From positions 306,869 to 370,868 of the forward strand of contig CAZXWN010000001.1 of the NCBI GenBank assembly GCA_964644695.1: a DNA stretch of 64,000 nucleotides, in the 5' to 3' direction. The stretch comes from an uncultured bacterium (lineage in GTDB: Bacteria > UBP4 > UBA4092). Both the position numbers and the translations under genes were made by a program. The notes under the pieces are model-generated. The model was given only the letters and a program-made list of their open reading frames with translations. It searched no databases and was not told where the DNA came from. Shown here piece after piece: positions 18,926 through 27,966 of the stretch (position 1 is its first letter; the number at the start of each line of letters is the position of its first letter).

Positions 18926-19741
18926 ATGATAATTCGACAACCGATTGTCGCAGGACATTTTTATCCTGGTACTGCGGAAAAATTGAATACACTTATTCAA
19001 ACTTGGGGGACTGAACCAGAGCCAATTTTGGAACCAGCACTGGGTGTTATAACTCCACATGGTGCCTATGACCAGTGTGGACCCGTGATTTTTGAAACAT
19101 TTAAAAGGGTTTCTCCTGTCAATACGTTTGTTTTACTTGGTCCCAATCATAACGATAGAGAAAAACAAGCCGTTGTTTTTAAAAGGGGGATCTGGGTAAC
19201 TCCGTTTGGTGAGGTTTGTATTGACAACCATTTCACTCAATTACTTTCTACTGAAATGCCCTCACTTAAAGAAGATATATATGCCCATGATAAAGAACAT
19301 TGCTTAGAAGTTCAGTTACCGATAATGCAATACCTCATCAAGACACCCTTTAAAATAGTTCCTATCCTACTTCCTACCGAATTTTATAATGATTTAGCAT
19401 TAGAGTTGTCTTCAGCTATTACTAGAACTATTCAAGGATTGTCCCAGTCCACAGCAATTATCGCAACAACAGATATGTCTAGAGATTTGTCACCTGAGAT
19501 GGCAAAACGAAAGGACCAGATGCTGATAAATGCTCTTCTACATATGGAAATAGAACAAATATTATCAAATATTAAACGATATGGGATAAGATATTGCGGA
19601 TTAACTTCTTTGCTTACCTTGTTATATGTAACACGTGATTTAGGTGCTACAGGTGGAGAATTAATTGATTATATTTGTTGTGGTGAAAATGAAGATGATT
19701 TTGCTAGAGTTAATGGATATGCAGGAATTCTTGTTAAGTAA
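18926..19741 (+). CDS. MEMO1-family protein (AmmeMemoRadiSam protein B-like)
   Basis: IRQPIVAGHFYP, PHGAY, LGPNH, WVTPFG, EHCLEVQLP, CG, and GYAGI at the C-terminus. Confidence 0.88.
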   Translation: MIIRQPIVAGHFYPGTAEKLNTLIQTWGTEPEPILEPALGVITPHGAYDQCGPVIFETFKRVSPVNTFVLLGPNHNDREKQAVVFKRGIWVTPFGEVCIDNHFTQLLSTEMPSLKEDIYAHDKEHCLEVQLPIMQYLIKTPFKIVPILLPTEFYNDLALELSSAITRTIQGLSQSTAIIATTDMSRDLSPEMAKRKDQMLINALLHMEIEQILSNIKRYGIRYCGLTSLLTLLYVTRDLGATGGELIDYICCGENEDDFARVNGYAGILVK

Positions 19742-19820
19742 GGATTAACTAACCGTTAGTTTTATATAAATATGTCAATTTGAATAGTGACTAATAAAAT
19801 AAATCAATAAAGGTGCGTTT

Positions 19821-20762
19821 ATGAAGAGAACAGTAGTTACAGGTGGAGCTGGTTTTATCGGTTCCCATTTATGTGAAAGACTTATTGCAGAAGGTCATGA
19901 AGTCATTGCCATTGATAATTTTCTGACAGGCAATGTAGACAATGTTGCTCATATTAAATCCCCGCAGTTTGAGTTGTTGGAACACAATATTTGTGACAGT
20001 ATTTTCATTTCCGGAAAAGTTGATTATGTATTGCATTTTGCATCTCCAGCCAGTCCTGTAGATTATTTGGAAAAACCTATCCAGACGTTGAAGGTTGGAT
20101 CTTTAGGTACACATACAGCGCTGGGTTTAGCAAAACAGAAAAAAGCGGTATTTTTATTAGCATCAACCTCTGAAATATATGGTGACCCACTTGTCCATCC
20201 TCAGAAAGAAGATTATTGGGGAAATGTGAATACAATTGGGCCTCGTGGAGTATATGATGAGGCCAAGAGATTTGCTGAAGCAATGACGATGGCGTATCAC
20301 CGTTTTCACGGCGTAAATACACGGATAATCCGTATTTTTAACACTTTTGGTCCAAGAATGAGACTAAACGATGGTCGGGTAGTTCCCAACTTTGCGGTTC
20401 AGGCGATAAAAGGAGAACCCATTACTGTCTATGGTGATGGAAACCAGACGCGGAGTTTTTGTTATGTGTCAGATTTAGTTGAGGGAATCGTCAGGTTAAT
20501 AGATACTCCTCACCATCTGCCCGTAAATTTAGGAAATCCGGCTGAAATGACAATTTTGGAATTTGCAAACAAAATCAAAACGTTAACGAACTCTTCCAGT
20601 GAGATAATTTTTAAAGATTTACCCGTGGATGATCCCAAACAAAGAAAACCGGATATCAGCAAAGCATGGGAATTATTGAAATGGAAACCTGTTGTTTCTA
20701 CTGATGATGGTTTAGAAAAAACTGTGAAGTGGTTCAGAAGTGCACTTGAAAAGAATGCCTGA
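19821..20762 (+). CDS. UDP-glucuronate decarboxylase (UDP-xylose synthase-like SDR)
   Basis: [56 protein letters not shown]. Confidence 0.9.
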   Translation: MKRTVVTGGAGFIGSHLCERLIAEGHEVIAIDNFLTGNVDNVAHIKSPQFELLEHNICDSIFISGKVDYVLHFASPASPVDYLEKPIQTLKVGSLGTHTALGLAKQKKAVFLLASTSEIYGDPLVHPQKEDYWGNVNTIGPRGVYDEAKRFAEAMTMAYHRFHGVNTRIIRIFNTFGPRMRLNDGRVVPNFAVQAIKGEPITVYGDGNQTRSFCYVSDLVEGIVRLIDTPHHLPVNLGNPAEMTILEFANKIKTLTNSSSEIIFKDLPVDDPKQRKPDISKAWELLKWKPVVSTDDGLEKTVKWFRSALEKNA

Positions 20763-20786
20763 TTATTTCTGTAAGGAGAATTATTA

Positions 20787-22076
20787 ATGAATATTGCAGT
20801 TGTTGGAACTGGCTATGTAGGTTTGGTTACAGGTGCCGTTTTTGCAGACCTTGGTAATGATGTGATTTGTGTTGATAAAATTCCACAAAAAGTTGAAAAC
20901 CTAAATAAAAATATAATGCCCATTTATGAGCCAGGTTTGGAAGAAATGGTACTAAGAAATCGTAATGACGGGCGGTTAACATTTACGACGGATTTGACGG
21001 AAGCAGTTCGCCATTCGGAAGTGATATTTATTTGTGTAGGAACTCCTCCGAAATCAAATGGTGAATCCGATTTAGCTCAAGTGCGTGATGTGGCGGCTGA
21101 AATCGGGCAAGCCATGGATCATTATATCGTCGTCGTGAATAAGAGTACTGTTCCGGTGGGAACCGGTGATTTAGTGAGAACAATTGTAAAGATGAATCAA
21201 AAGCGTGAAATAGATTTTGATGTTGTTTCAAATCCAGAATTTCTCCGTGAAGGCTCTGCCATCAGTGATACCTTATTTCCGGATAGAATCGTTATTGGTG
21301 CACCTACGCGTCAAGTCGCAATGAAATTGTTGGAATTATATGCTCCACTGGAAAGACCGATGATTATAACGGATGTCTATTCGGCTGAGATTATTAAATA
21401 TGCCAGCAATGCTTTCCTTGCAACTAAAATATCCTTTATTAACTCCATTGCGGATATCTGTGAAAATACCGGTGCCAATGTAACGGATGTTATAAAGGGT
21501 ATGGGAATGGACAATCGGATTGGTAAAGGCTTCTTGCAGGCAGGTTTGGGATATGGTGGTTCCTGCTTCCCCAAAGACACTCTGGCCTTGATTTATACCG
21601 CCTCACAGCACGGAGAAGATATGAAGATTCTCAAGGCTGTTGTGGATACGAATGAATCTCGAATCCCCCGGTTTATTGGTCGTATTGAGAAAGTTCTTGG
21701 TGGATTACAAGGTAAAACAATTGGTATTTTAGGGCTAGCATTTAAACCTAATACGGATGATATTCGATTTGCAAAATCATTGGAAATCATTCAATATCTT
21801 TTAGAGAATGGGGCCGTGGTAAAGGCTTATGATCCTATCGCTATGGATAACACGAAAGAAGTGTGCCCTGATGTTGAATATTGTGACAGTTCCATGGCAA
21901 CAGCCAAAGATTGTGATGCGATAGTCATCGTTACTGAATGGAATGAATTTAAGCTGTTAAATTTCCAAAAATTAAAAAGCATTATGAAACGACCCGTAAT
22001 ATTTGATGGTCGTAATATGTATGATCCTGAACGTATGAAATCCGTTGGGTTTGAATATTACTCAATAGGCCGTTAG
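20787..22076 (+). CDS. ugd: UDP-glucose 6-dehydrogenase
   Basis: GTGYVGL, KSTVPVGT, SNPEFLREG, GYGGSCFPKD, LAFKPNTDDIR, DGRN. Confidence 0.95.
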   Translation: MNIAVVGTGYVGLVTGAVFADLGNDVICVDKIPQKVENLNKNIMPIYEPGLEEMVLRNRNDGRLTFTTDLTEAVRHSEVIFICVGTPPKSNGESDLAQVRDVAAEIGQAMDHYIVVVNKSTVPVGTGDLVRTIVKMNQKREIDFDVVSNPEFLREGSAISDTLFPDRIVIGAPTRQVAMKLLELYAPLERPMIITDVYSAEIIKYASNAFLATKISFINSIADICENTGANVTDVIKGMGMDNRIGKGFLQAGLGYGGSCFPKDTLALIYTASQHGEDMKILKAVVDTNESRIPRFIGRIEKVLGGLQGKTIGILGLAFKPNTDDIRFAKSLEIIQYLLENGAVVKAYDPIAMDNTKEVCPDVEYCDSSMATAKDCDAIVIVTEWNEFKLLNFQKLKSIMKRPVIFDGRNMYDPERMKSVGFEYYSIGR

Positions 22077-22092
22077 TTATAAGAATTTAGAG

Positions 22093-22134
22093 AAGAGCTG
22101 GAGAATCATAAAGAATCTCCAGCTCTTTTTGTTT
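22093..22134. terminator. Bidirectional terminator between ugd and gpsA
   Basis: AAGAGCTGGAGA (22093-22104) / TCTCCAGCTCTT (22116-22127) followed by TTTGTTT. Confidence 0.8.
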
Positions 22135-22135
22135 A

Positions 22136-23152
22136 CTATGCATAAATCTCATTTTCAGATTTTGGATTTCGAGTCATCAAATCAAGAACGGCTTTTTCCA
22201 CAGGTTTATTGTTATAAATAACTTGGTAGATTTCATTAATTATTGGCATCTCAACATTAAGTTTATCGGCCAGTCTTTTCCCAGAATCTGTTGTGTTCAA
22301 ACCTTCAACGACCATTCCAATTTCTTTTAATGCTTCTTCGGTGGTATATCCTTTGGCTCTTAATTCACCAAATTTCCTGTTTCTGGAATGCTGGCTCATA
22401 CATGTAACAATTAGATCCCCGAGTCCCGACAATCCTGAAAATGTGGCTGGGTTTCCACCTCTTTTAACTCCCAGTCTGGTAATTTCAGCCAAGCCCCGGG
22501 TAATTAATGCCGCTTTTGTGTTATCGCCAAATCCCATACCGTCACAGGCACCAGCGGCGATGGCAATAACGTTTTTTAATGAGCCACCCATTTCGACACC
22601 AATTATGTCGGGGTTTGTATATACGCGAAATTGTGCAGTAGAGAAGATATCTTGAATTTCCTGAATATGATCAAGTTTATTTCCACTGATAGTTACTGTG
22701 GTAGGGATATCACGGCTCACTTCTTCTGCATGGCTTGGTCCGGATAATACTACAATCCGGTCCAACGAATGATCGGGAAGAACATCATGGATAACCTCTG
22801 ACATTGTTTGCAGAGATTCAATATCCAAACCTTTGGCACAATTGATAAGAGTTAACTCGTTTGATATTAGAGGTTTGAGTTGTTTGCAGAGGCTTCTTAC
22901 AGCATGAGAAGGTACTGTTATTATGGCATAGTGTGCGTTATCAAGTGCTTCTTCGAGGCTGTGAATTGGATGAATATTATTGGGTAACTCTATTCCCGGT
23001 AAGAGGCGGGGATGTCTATGATTTTGTTGGAGAAAAGTGATAGCTTCCTGGTCAATGTCCCACAAATTAACTGAATAATTCTTATTTCCTAATAAGCGAG
23101 ATAGAGCCAAGCCCCAACTGCCAGCACCTAGTACGACTAATCTTGTGTCCAT
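22136..23152 (-). CDS. gpsA: NAD(P)H-dependent glycerol-3-phosphate dehydrogenase
   Basis: GAGSWG, LSGPSHAEEV, GGSLKNVIAIAAG, GLGDLIVTC..SRNR, VVEG. Confidence 0.96.
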   Translation of the reverse strand: MDTRLVVLGAGSWGLALSRLLGNKNYSVNLWDIDQEAITFLQQNHRHPRLLPGIELPNNIHPIHSLEEALDNAHYAIITVPSHAVRSLCKQLKPLISNELTLINCAKGLDIESLQTMSEVIHDVLPDHSLDRIVVLSGPSHAEEVSRDIPTTVTISGNKLDHIQEIQDIFSTAQFRVYTNPDIIGVEMGGSLKNVIAIAAGACDGMGFGDNTKAALITRGLAEITRLGVKRGGNPATFSGLSGLGDLIVTCMSQHSRNRKFGELRAKGYTTEEALKEIGMVVEGLNTTDSGKRLADKLNVEMPIINEIYQVIYNNKPVEKAVLDLMTRNPKSENEIYA

Positions 23153-23254
23153 AAAATACCACTTTCTGGTTGAATAATGCAGATATTGAATCTTTATGTT
23201 AACAAAACAGGGAAATTTTGGATAATATTTCCCTCGTAAACATTTTCAATGGAC

Positions 23255-23288
23255 ATACATCGAACAAGATTGATCTTGTTCGATGTAT
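23255..23288. repeat. Dispersed palindrome, copy 2 (34 bp, 1 central mismatch)
   Basis: ATACATCGAACAAGATT|GATCTTGTTCGATGTAT in the divergent gpsA / 23440 intergenic region. Confidence 0.88.
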
Positions 23289-23392
23289 CTTAGGGTAACA
23301 AAACGAACCGTAAGTATTTGTCTTCTTGAGAGAAAAATATTTTTTGTAAACAAATTTATGTTCATTTTTTGATGTAAAACAAAAATATCCCA

Positions 23393-23401
23393 TGCTATAA
23401 T
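23393..23401 (+). promoter_or_regulatory. Extended -10 promoter element upstream of the 23440 gene
   Basis: TGCTATAAT (TGn-TATAAT) about 40 nt upstream of the ATG; GAGG RBS. Confidence 0.5.
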
Positions 23402-23439
23402 CTGAACAGATACCATACCAGACATGAGGTTATTATTTT

Positions 23440-24282
23440 ATGACAAAAAAACGGTTAATCATCATTGGGACCTTTGCGCTGATTATTGTTGTTGTTTCTG
23501 TTCTTGCGTACGCTCAGACAGCAGGCATGTATTCTGTGCAAAGAGCTAGAGATGTGGCTGGTGGAGCGCCCGGTGGAAGTATGGCTCCTATGGACATTAG
23601 CCCTGAACAATTACAGATGTTTAATCAAGGTAATATGTTGATGATGAACCAACAGGAGGAAGGACCTACACCTGAAGTCAAAATGATAACAGTATTAGAA
23701 GGTGATAGAGTGATTTCTGCTGTATCCGGTGAGGTTTTACAACAACCGGAGCGTAAACAGGTCCCAGATACACAGAAAAATCAATATTACGATGATGGAA
23801 CTCACGGAGATGAAGTTGCGGGTGATGGTATTTATAGCAATGTCGTGGAACGCAAAGATGTTATCAGTAAAGATGAGTACATCCAGAGAATTAGATTAGA
23901 AGCATTAATCAATAAAATAGTAAATGATAAAGCTGTTGATTTTTATCGTGAGTATGTAGCAGCGGAATCACCCAATCCAGTAATGCCAACCGTTAGTTAC
24001 TGGAAGAATAAAAAGACCAGCTTTGTTGAAGAATATCGTGAAAGAGTCCTTCGCCCTTACAAAAATGAAAAGGGTGAGTACTATGAAGTTTATGAAGCAC
24101 CGAAACCGAAGGTGAATCCATTATTATTAATGCAACAACAAAATATGATGATGAATAATATGCAAGGTGGCAATATGATGATGCCTGGCGCAATGGGTGG
24201 TGCTTCAGCTGATCCCACTATGCAGGGTATGAATATGGGTGTTGGTGGAAGCTCATATTTTGGTGAACGAAATCGGATGTAG
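23440..24282 (+). CDS. Exported or membrane-anchored hypothetical protein with Met/Gln/Gly-rich ends and a DDGxxGDxxAGDGIYS (choice-of-anchor X-like) motif
   Basis: N-terminal KKR plus hydrophobic helix ending AYA; YYDDGTHGDEVAGDGIYS; MQQQNMMMNNMQGGNMMMPG. Confidence 0.8.
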   Translation: MTKKRLIIIGTFALIIVVVSVLAYAQTAGMYSVQRARDVAGGAPGGSMAPMDISPEQLQMFNQGNMLMMNQQEEGPTPEVKMITVLEGDRVISAVSGEVLQQPERKQVPDTQKNQYYDDGTHGDEVAGDGIYSNVVERKDVISKDEYIQRIRLEALINKIVNDKAVDFYREYVAAESPNPVMPTVSYWKNKKTSFVEEYRERVLRPYKNEKGEYYEVYEAPKPKVNPLLLMQQQNMMMNNMQGGNMMMPGAMGGASADPTMQGMNMGVGGSSYFGERNRM

Positions 24283-24291
24283 TAAAAATAG

Positions 24292-24933
24292 ATGTCTGAA
24301 AAACTTAACGAAAAAGAACGCGCTCGGATAATATTCCAAACTTTGGAGTCTGTTTATCCGGGCGCGAAATGTTCTCTGAACTATAAAAATCCTCTTCAAT
24401 TACTTGTTGCTACAATATTGTCTGCTCAATGTACAGATGAGAGAGTGAATCTCGTAACAGCCAGCCTTTTTGTAAAATATCCTGATGCTTTAGCCTTTGC
24501 AAAAACACCTATTTCTGAACTTGAGCAAGATATTCGTTCTACTGGTTTTTACCGTAATAAGGCAAAGAATATCCAAGCAGCCTGTTTGCGGATAGTAAAC
24601 GTATATAATGGCGAAGTTCCCGCTAATATGGATGATTTATTAACCTTAGCCGGTGTGGCACGGAAGACTGCAAATGTTGTTTTGGGGAATGCTTTCAATA
24701 TCTCTTCAGGATTTGTTGTGGATACTCATATCGGACGATTAGCTCAACGGATGGGTTTTAGTAAACAAAAGCTCCCTGAAAAAATTGAACAGGATTTAAT
24801 GGCACTGTTTGATCAAAAGATTTGGGTGCAAATGGGACATATTCTAATTAGTCATGGCCGGAAGGTGTGTACTTCACGTAAAGCACATTGTGAGCTTTGT
24901 CCGATTGAAAAACTTTGTCCCAAGATAATTTAG
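24292..24933 (+). CDS. nth: Endonuclease III
   Basis: LLVATILSAQCTDERVN, HhH LAGVARKTANVVL, VDTH, C-x6-C-x2-C-x5-C 4Fe-4S motif. Confidence 0.96.
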   Translation: MSEKLNEKERARIIFQTLESVYPGAKCSLNYKNPLQLLVATILSAQCTDERVNLVTASLFVKYPDALAFAKTPISELEQDIRSTGFYRNKAKNIQAACLRIVNVYNGEVPANMDDLLTLAGVARKTANVVLGNAFNISSGFVVDTHIGRLAQRMGFSKQKLPEKIEQDLMALFDQKIWVQMGHILISHGRKVCTSRKAHCELCPIEKLCPKII

Positions 24934-25014
24934 GCAAATTTTTACCGCATCAAAAACCTTCAAATTAAACCCACGGATGTGCTATTATTTTTATCTACTG
25001 ATTGTTCAATTGGT

Positions 25015-25091
25015 GGGCGCATGGCTCAGGTGGTTAGAGCGCTCCGTTCACATCGGAGAGGTCACAGGTTCGAGTCCTGTTGTGCCCACCA
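25015..25091 (+). tRNA. tRNA-Val (anticodon CAC)
   Basis: GGGCGCA...CTCCG-TT-CAC-AT-CGGAG...ACAGG-TTCGAGT-CCTGT-TGTGCCC-A-CCA. Confidence 0.96.
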
Positions 25092-25095
25092 TTTT

Positions 25096-25833
25096 TTATT
25101 TCTTCTTTTTATCCAACAAAACTAGTTTCTTTAATTCTCGTATTTCAGACGGTACTAATTCTCGATATTCTCCTTTTTTAATCTTTCCGAGTTTGAGATT
25201 TCCAAATTCGATTCTGACTAATCGGAGAACTTCATGGCCAACGGCTTCAAACATCCGTCGAACTTGTCTGTTTTTACCTTCAGAAATCCCAATAATTACT
25301 ACGGATGCATTTGGAGCGCGACTATTTAATTCAACCGAAGCGGGTGAAGTCAGTCCATCTTCCAAGAGAACGCCTTTTTCAAGTTTTTTTAAGGAGGTTT
25401 CCGTAATATTACCTTTTATATGTGCCAAATATGTTTTCTTTACACCATATCGGGGATGTGACAGCCTGTTTGCTAATTCTCCATCGTTTGTCAGCAATAA
25501 TAATCCCTCAGTGTCGATATCTAATCTTCCCACTGGATAAAGACGAATATCTATTCCTGATATAAGGTCCATGACTGTTTTACGTTTCTCTGGATCTTTC
25601 ACAGTCGTTACCGCTCCGACAGGCTTGTGGAGAATAATGTATAATTTTTCTTCTTGCGGCCGAACAACATGATTTTTTACAATAACTTCATCTTTTAACG
25701 GATCAATTGTCACACCCATTTCTCGAATTAACTTTTTATTAACTCTCACCAGTCCATTCTCAATGAGTTCATCAGCAGCTCTTCGAGAACATATCCCACA
25801 GCGTGCAATGTATTTATTTAACCGTTCTTTCAT
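25096..25833 (-). CDS. rluB: rRNA pseudouridine synthase, RsuA/RluB family
   Basis: S4 domain ERLNKYIARCGICSRRAAD; YPVGRLD.DTEGLLLLTNDG; EGKNRQVRRM. Confidence 0.88.
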   Translation of the reverse strand: MKERLNKYIARCGICSRRAADELIENGLVRVNKKLIREMGVTIDPLKDEVIVKNHVVRPQEEKLYIILHKPVGAVTTVKDPEKRKTVMDLISGIDIRLYPVGRLDIDTEGLLLLTNDGELANRLSHPRYGVKKTYLAHIKGNITETSLKKLEKGVLLEDGLTSPASVELNSRAPNASVVIIGISEGKNRQVRRMFEAVGHEVLRLVRIEFGNLKLGKIKKGEYRELVPSEIRELKKLVLLDKKKK

Positions 25834-25885
25834 AATAGCGGTCTCTTTTCTTATTTAGTTATTATTATTTAATTGTAACAAACTG

Positions 25886-27082
25886 CTACGCATGGAACTG
25901 TTGATAAATCTCACCCATCTCGATACCAGCAATGGATTTCCTGGAATAAGTTTCACTGAGAGATTTGATTGCCTTACTAAATTCCTGACTGGGTGATCCA
26001 TTTTCTCTTGCTAACCATGCCTCCAGGAATGCGGCAATATGGTCAGCTGCTCGAACAATCTCACCATCTCTTGGTGAAAAGTGGTCAGAATTATATGATA
26101 AATTAATCTCATCGGAACTGGCAGGTAATTGTTTGTTATCCTTCATAATCAGACTGGCAAATTCATTTTCTGTATATAATTTCAAGTCACTAATCCATTC
26201 GGAGGGGATGAGTCCAGGTTTATAAATCTTTTCTTCCATCTCTTCTATTTCATAGGACTTAATTAAGTCATCCAGCCCTTCAACTGAGACCTTAACGGGA
26301 TTGATAATATCTCGAGTCAATACCTCGGGCAGATCATGGAATAAGCCAGTCATGAAATTATTTATACATCGTTTAGGACATGCATTAACTTGTAAAGAGA
26401 AGAAATAAGAAAGGAGGGCAACAATAAATGAATGTCCAAGAACCGAAGTTCTGGGAATTCTATGGAGATGGCTCCAACGGACTTGAAATCGTAATTGACC
26501 ACATAAATCAATGAACTTTGCATATTCGGGATAAAGCATGATTTTTTGCATCCCGGTAAGATCATAATAACTACGAGTCACCTCAGATAAACCATGGCTT
26601 ATATCATCAATCTCATATCCCTCAGGATCAGATTGCTGGATGATACGAAATTCCCACTTTGTTGCCTGAAAATGTGCTGCATTTAAAATCCTTCGATGAA
26701 TTGTCTCCTTTGGAGAATCAATGTATTCCTTGAAACGGGTACAAAAATCAGAGCCAAGAGGAGATATGGATGGAGATATTTGGGCATAGACCCAGTTATT
26801 TAATTCAAGAAATTTCTCTCGGTTATTTTTAATTTTGTGAAATATCTGGGGTTTTAAATCTGTTAATACCAGACGATGAAGAAACTCAAAAATACCCCCT
26901 TCAATAATTTTGATCCAATCAGCGTGATCTATATTTTCATCAAACTTACCCAACATATAAGCAATAACCATTTTATGGGCCTGTTTATCTAATTCGCGAA
27001 GCTCAACAGGGCATATTTTGTCATTCCAACGGCGCAAGTTGGCAGAATCCATTATTCGTAGTAGAAGAGTTTTAGTAATCAT
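25886..27082 (-). CDS. Tandem HD-domain protein (YfbR-like C-terminal half)
   Basis: Two RW-initiated halves (LRRWND; QVRWSH...SVLGHS...LFHDLPEVLTRDI...ADHIAAFLEA). Confidence 0.8.
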   Translation of the reverse strand: MITKTLLLRIMDSANLRRWNDKICPVELRELDKQAHKMVIAYMLGKFDENIDHADWIKIIEGGIFEFLHRLVLTDLKPQIFHKIKNNREKFLELNNWVYAQISPSISPLGSDFCTRFKEYIDSPKETIHRRILNAAHFQATKWEFRIIQQSDPEGYEIDDISHGLSEVTRSYYDLTGMQKIMLYPEYAKFIDLCGQLRFQVRWSHLHRIPRTSVLGHSFIVALLSYFFSLQVNACPKRCINNFMTGLFHDLPEVLTRDIINPVKVSVEGLDDLIKSYEIEEMEEKIYKPGLIPSEWISDLKLYTENEFASLIMKDNKQLPASSDEINLSYNSDHFSPRDGEIVRAADHIAAFLEAWLARENGSPSQEFSKAIKSLSETYSRKSIAGIEMGEIYQQFHA

Positions 27083-27149
27083 GATATTGCTATTCTCCTT
27101 GAAATATGGACGTTAAATAATCATGTAATAGCATGTTAAAATAAACATT

Positions 27150-27962
27150 ATGAATCGTCCGATTGGTGTTTTTGATTCCGGTATTGGTGGTTTAACTGTT
27201 GTCAAAAGTCTGAAACAGGAACTGCCAAATGAATCTATTGTCTATTTTGGCGATACCGCCCGTGTTCCTTATGGTTCAAAATCTAAAGATATTATAAGAC
27301 GATATGCTATAGAGAGCGCACGTTTTCTCATGCAGTATGATATTAAATTTATGGTTGTCGCTTGTAATACTACTTCAGCTGTTGCTTTAGAAAGTATCCG
27401 AGAGTTTTATCATAATCCAGTCGTAGGAATGATTCACCCTGGTGCAGTTTGTGCCGCAGAAACCAGTAGAAATAAGAATATTGGAATTATTGGAACAAAG
27501 GCTACTATTAGCAGTAATTCATACTCACATGAAATATCCTATATTGACTCCTCAATTAAAGTATATTCCAAAGCCTGTCCCTTATTTGTTCCTCTGGTTG
27601 AGGAGTGTATGATTCAGGGTGATATTGTTGATAGAATCGCTCATTATTATTTGGATTCATTGGTTGAACAGGGTATTGATACTTTAGTGATGGGCTGTAC
27701 TCATTATCCACTTTTATTTGATGCGATACGAAACTGTGTTGGTCCTGAGATTAATTTGATTGATTCCGGATATGCTGCGGCTCGTTCTGTTAAGAGGATT
27801 CTTAATGAAATGAATCTTACAAATAAAACAGGCATTCAACCAATATATAAATTTTATGTAAGTGATGCTGTTCAGGATTTTTCTCGCAATGCCAGTTTCT
27901 TTCTGGGCCATGAAATGAAAAACATAGAAAAAATTGATTTAGAAGACAGGGTTAGAATCTGA
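27150..27962 (+). CDS. murI: Glutamate racemase
   Basis: IGVFDSGIGGLTV, GDTARVPYG, VACNT, GCTHYP. Confidence 0.97.
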   Translation: MNRPIGVFDSGIGGLTVVKSLKQELPNESIVYFGDTARVPYGSKSKDIIRRYAIESARFLMQYDIKFMVVACNTTSAVALESIREFYHNPVVGMIHPGAVCAAETSRNKNIGIIGTKATISSNSYSHEISYIDSSIKVYSKACPLFVPLVEECMIQGDIVDRIAHYYLDSLVEQGIDTLVMGCTHYPLLFDAIRNCVGPEINLIDSGYAAARSVKRILNEMNLTNKTGIQPIYKFYVSDAVQDFSRNASFFLGHEMKNIEKIDLEDRVRI

Positions 27963-27966
27963 AACC

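Noticed and set aside
23199-23393. 64-aa minus-strand ORF containing HRTRSILFDV
   Set aside because: It lies in the divergent promoter region, and the shared peptide is simply the translated palindrome. The same applies to ORF 56825-57085.
17623-25091. Possible genomic island or prophage integrated at the tRNAs
   Set aside because: No integrase and no duplicated tRNA 3' end were seen, and the flanking genes are housekeeping.
24977-25540. 187-aa + strand ORF
   Set aside because: It overlaps tRNA-Val and is antisense to rluB; a shadow ORF.
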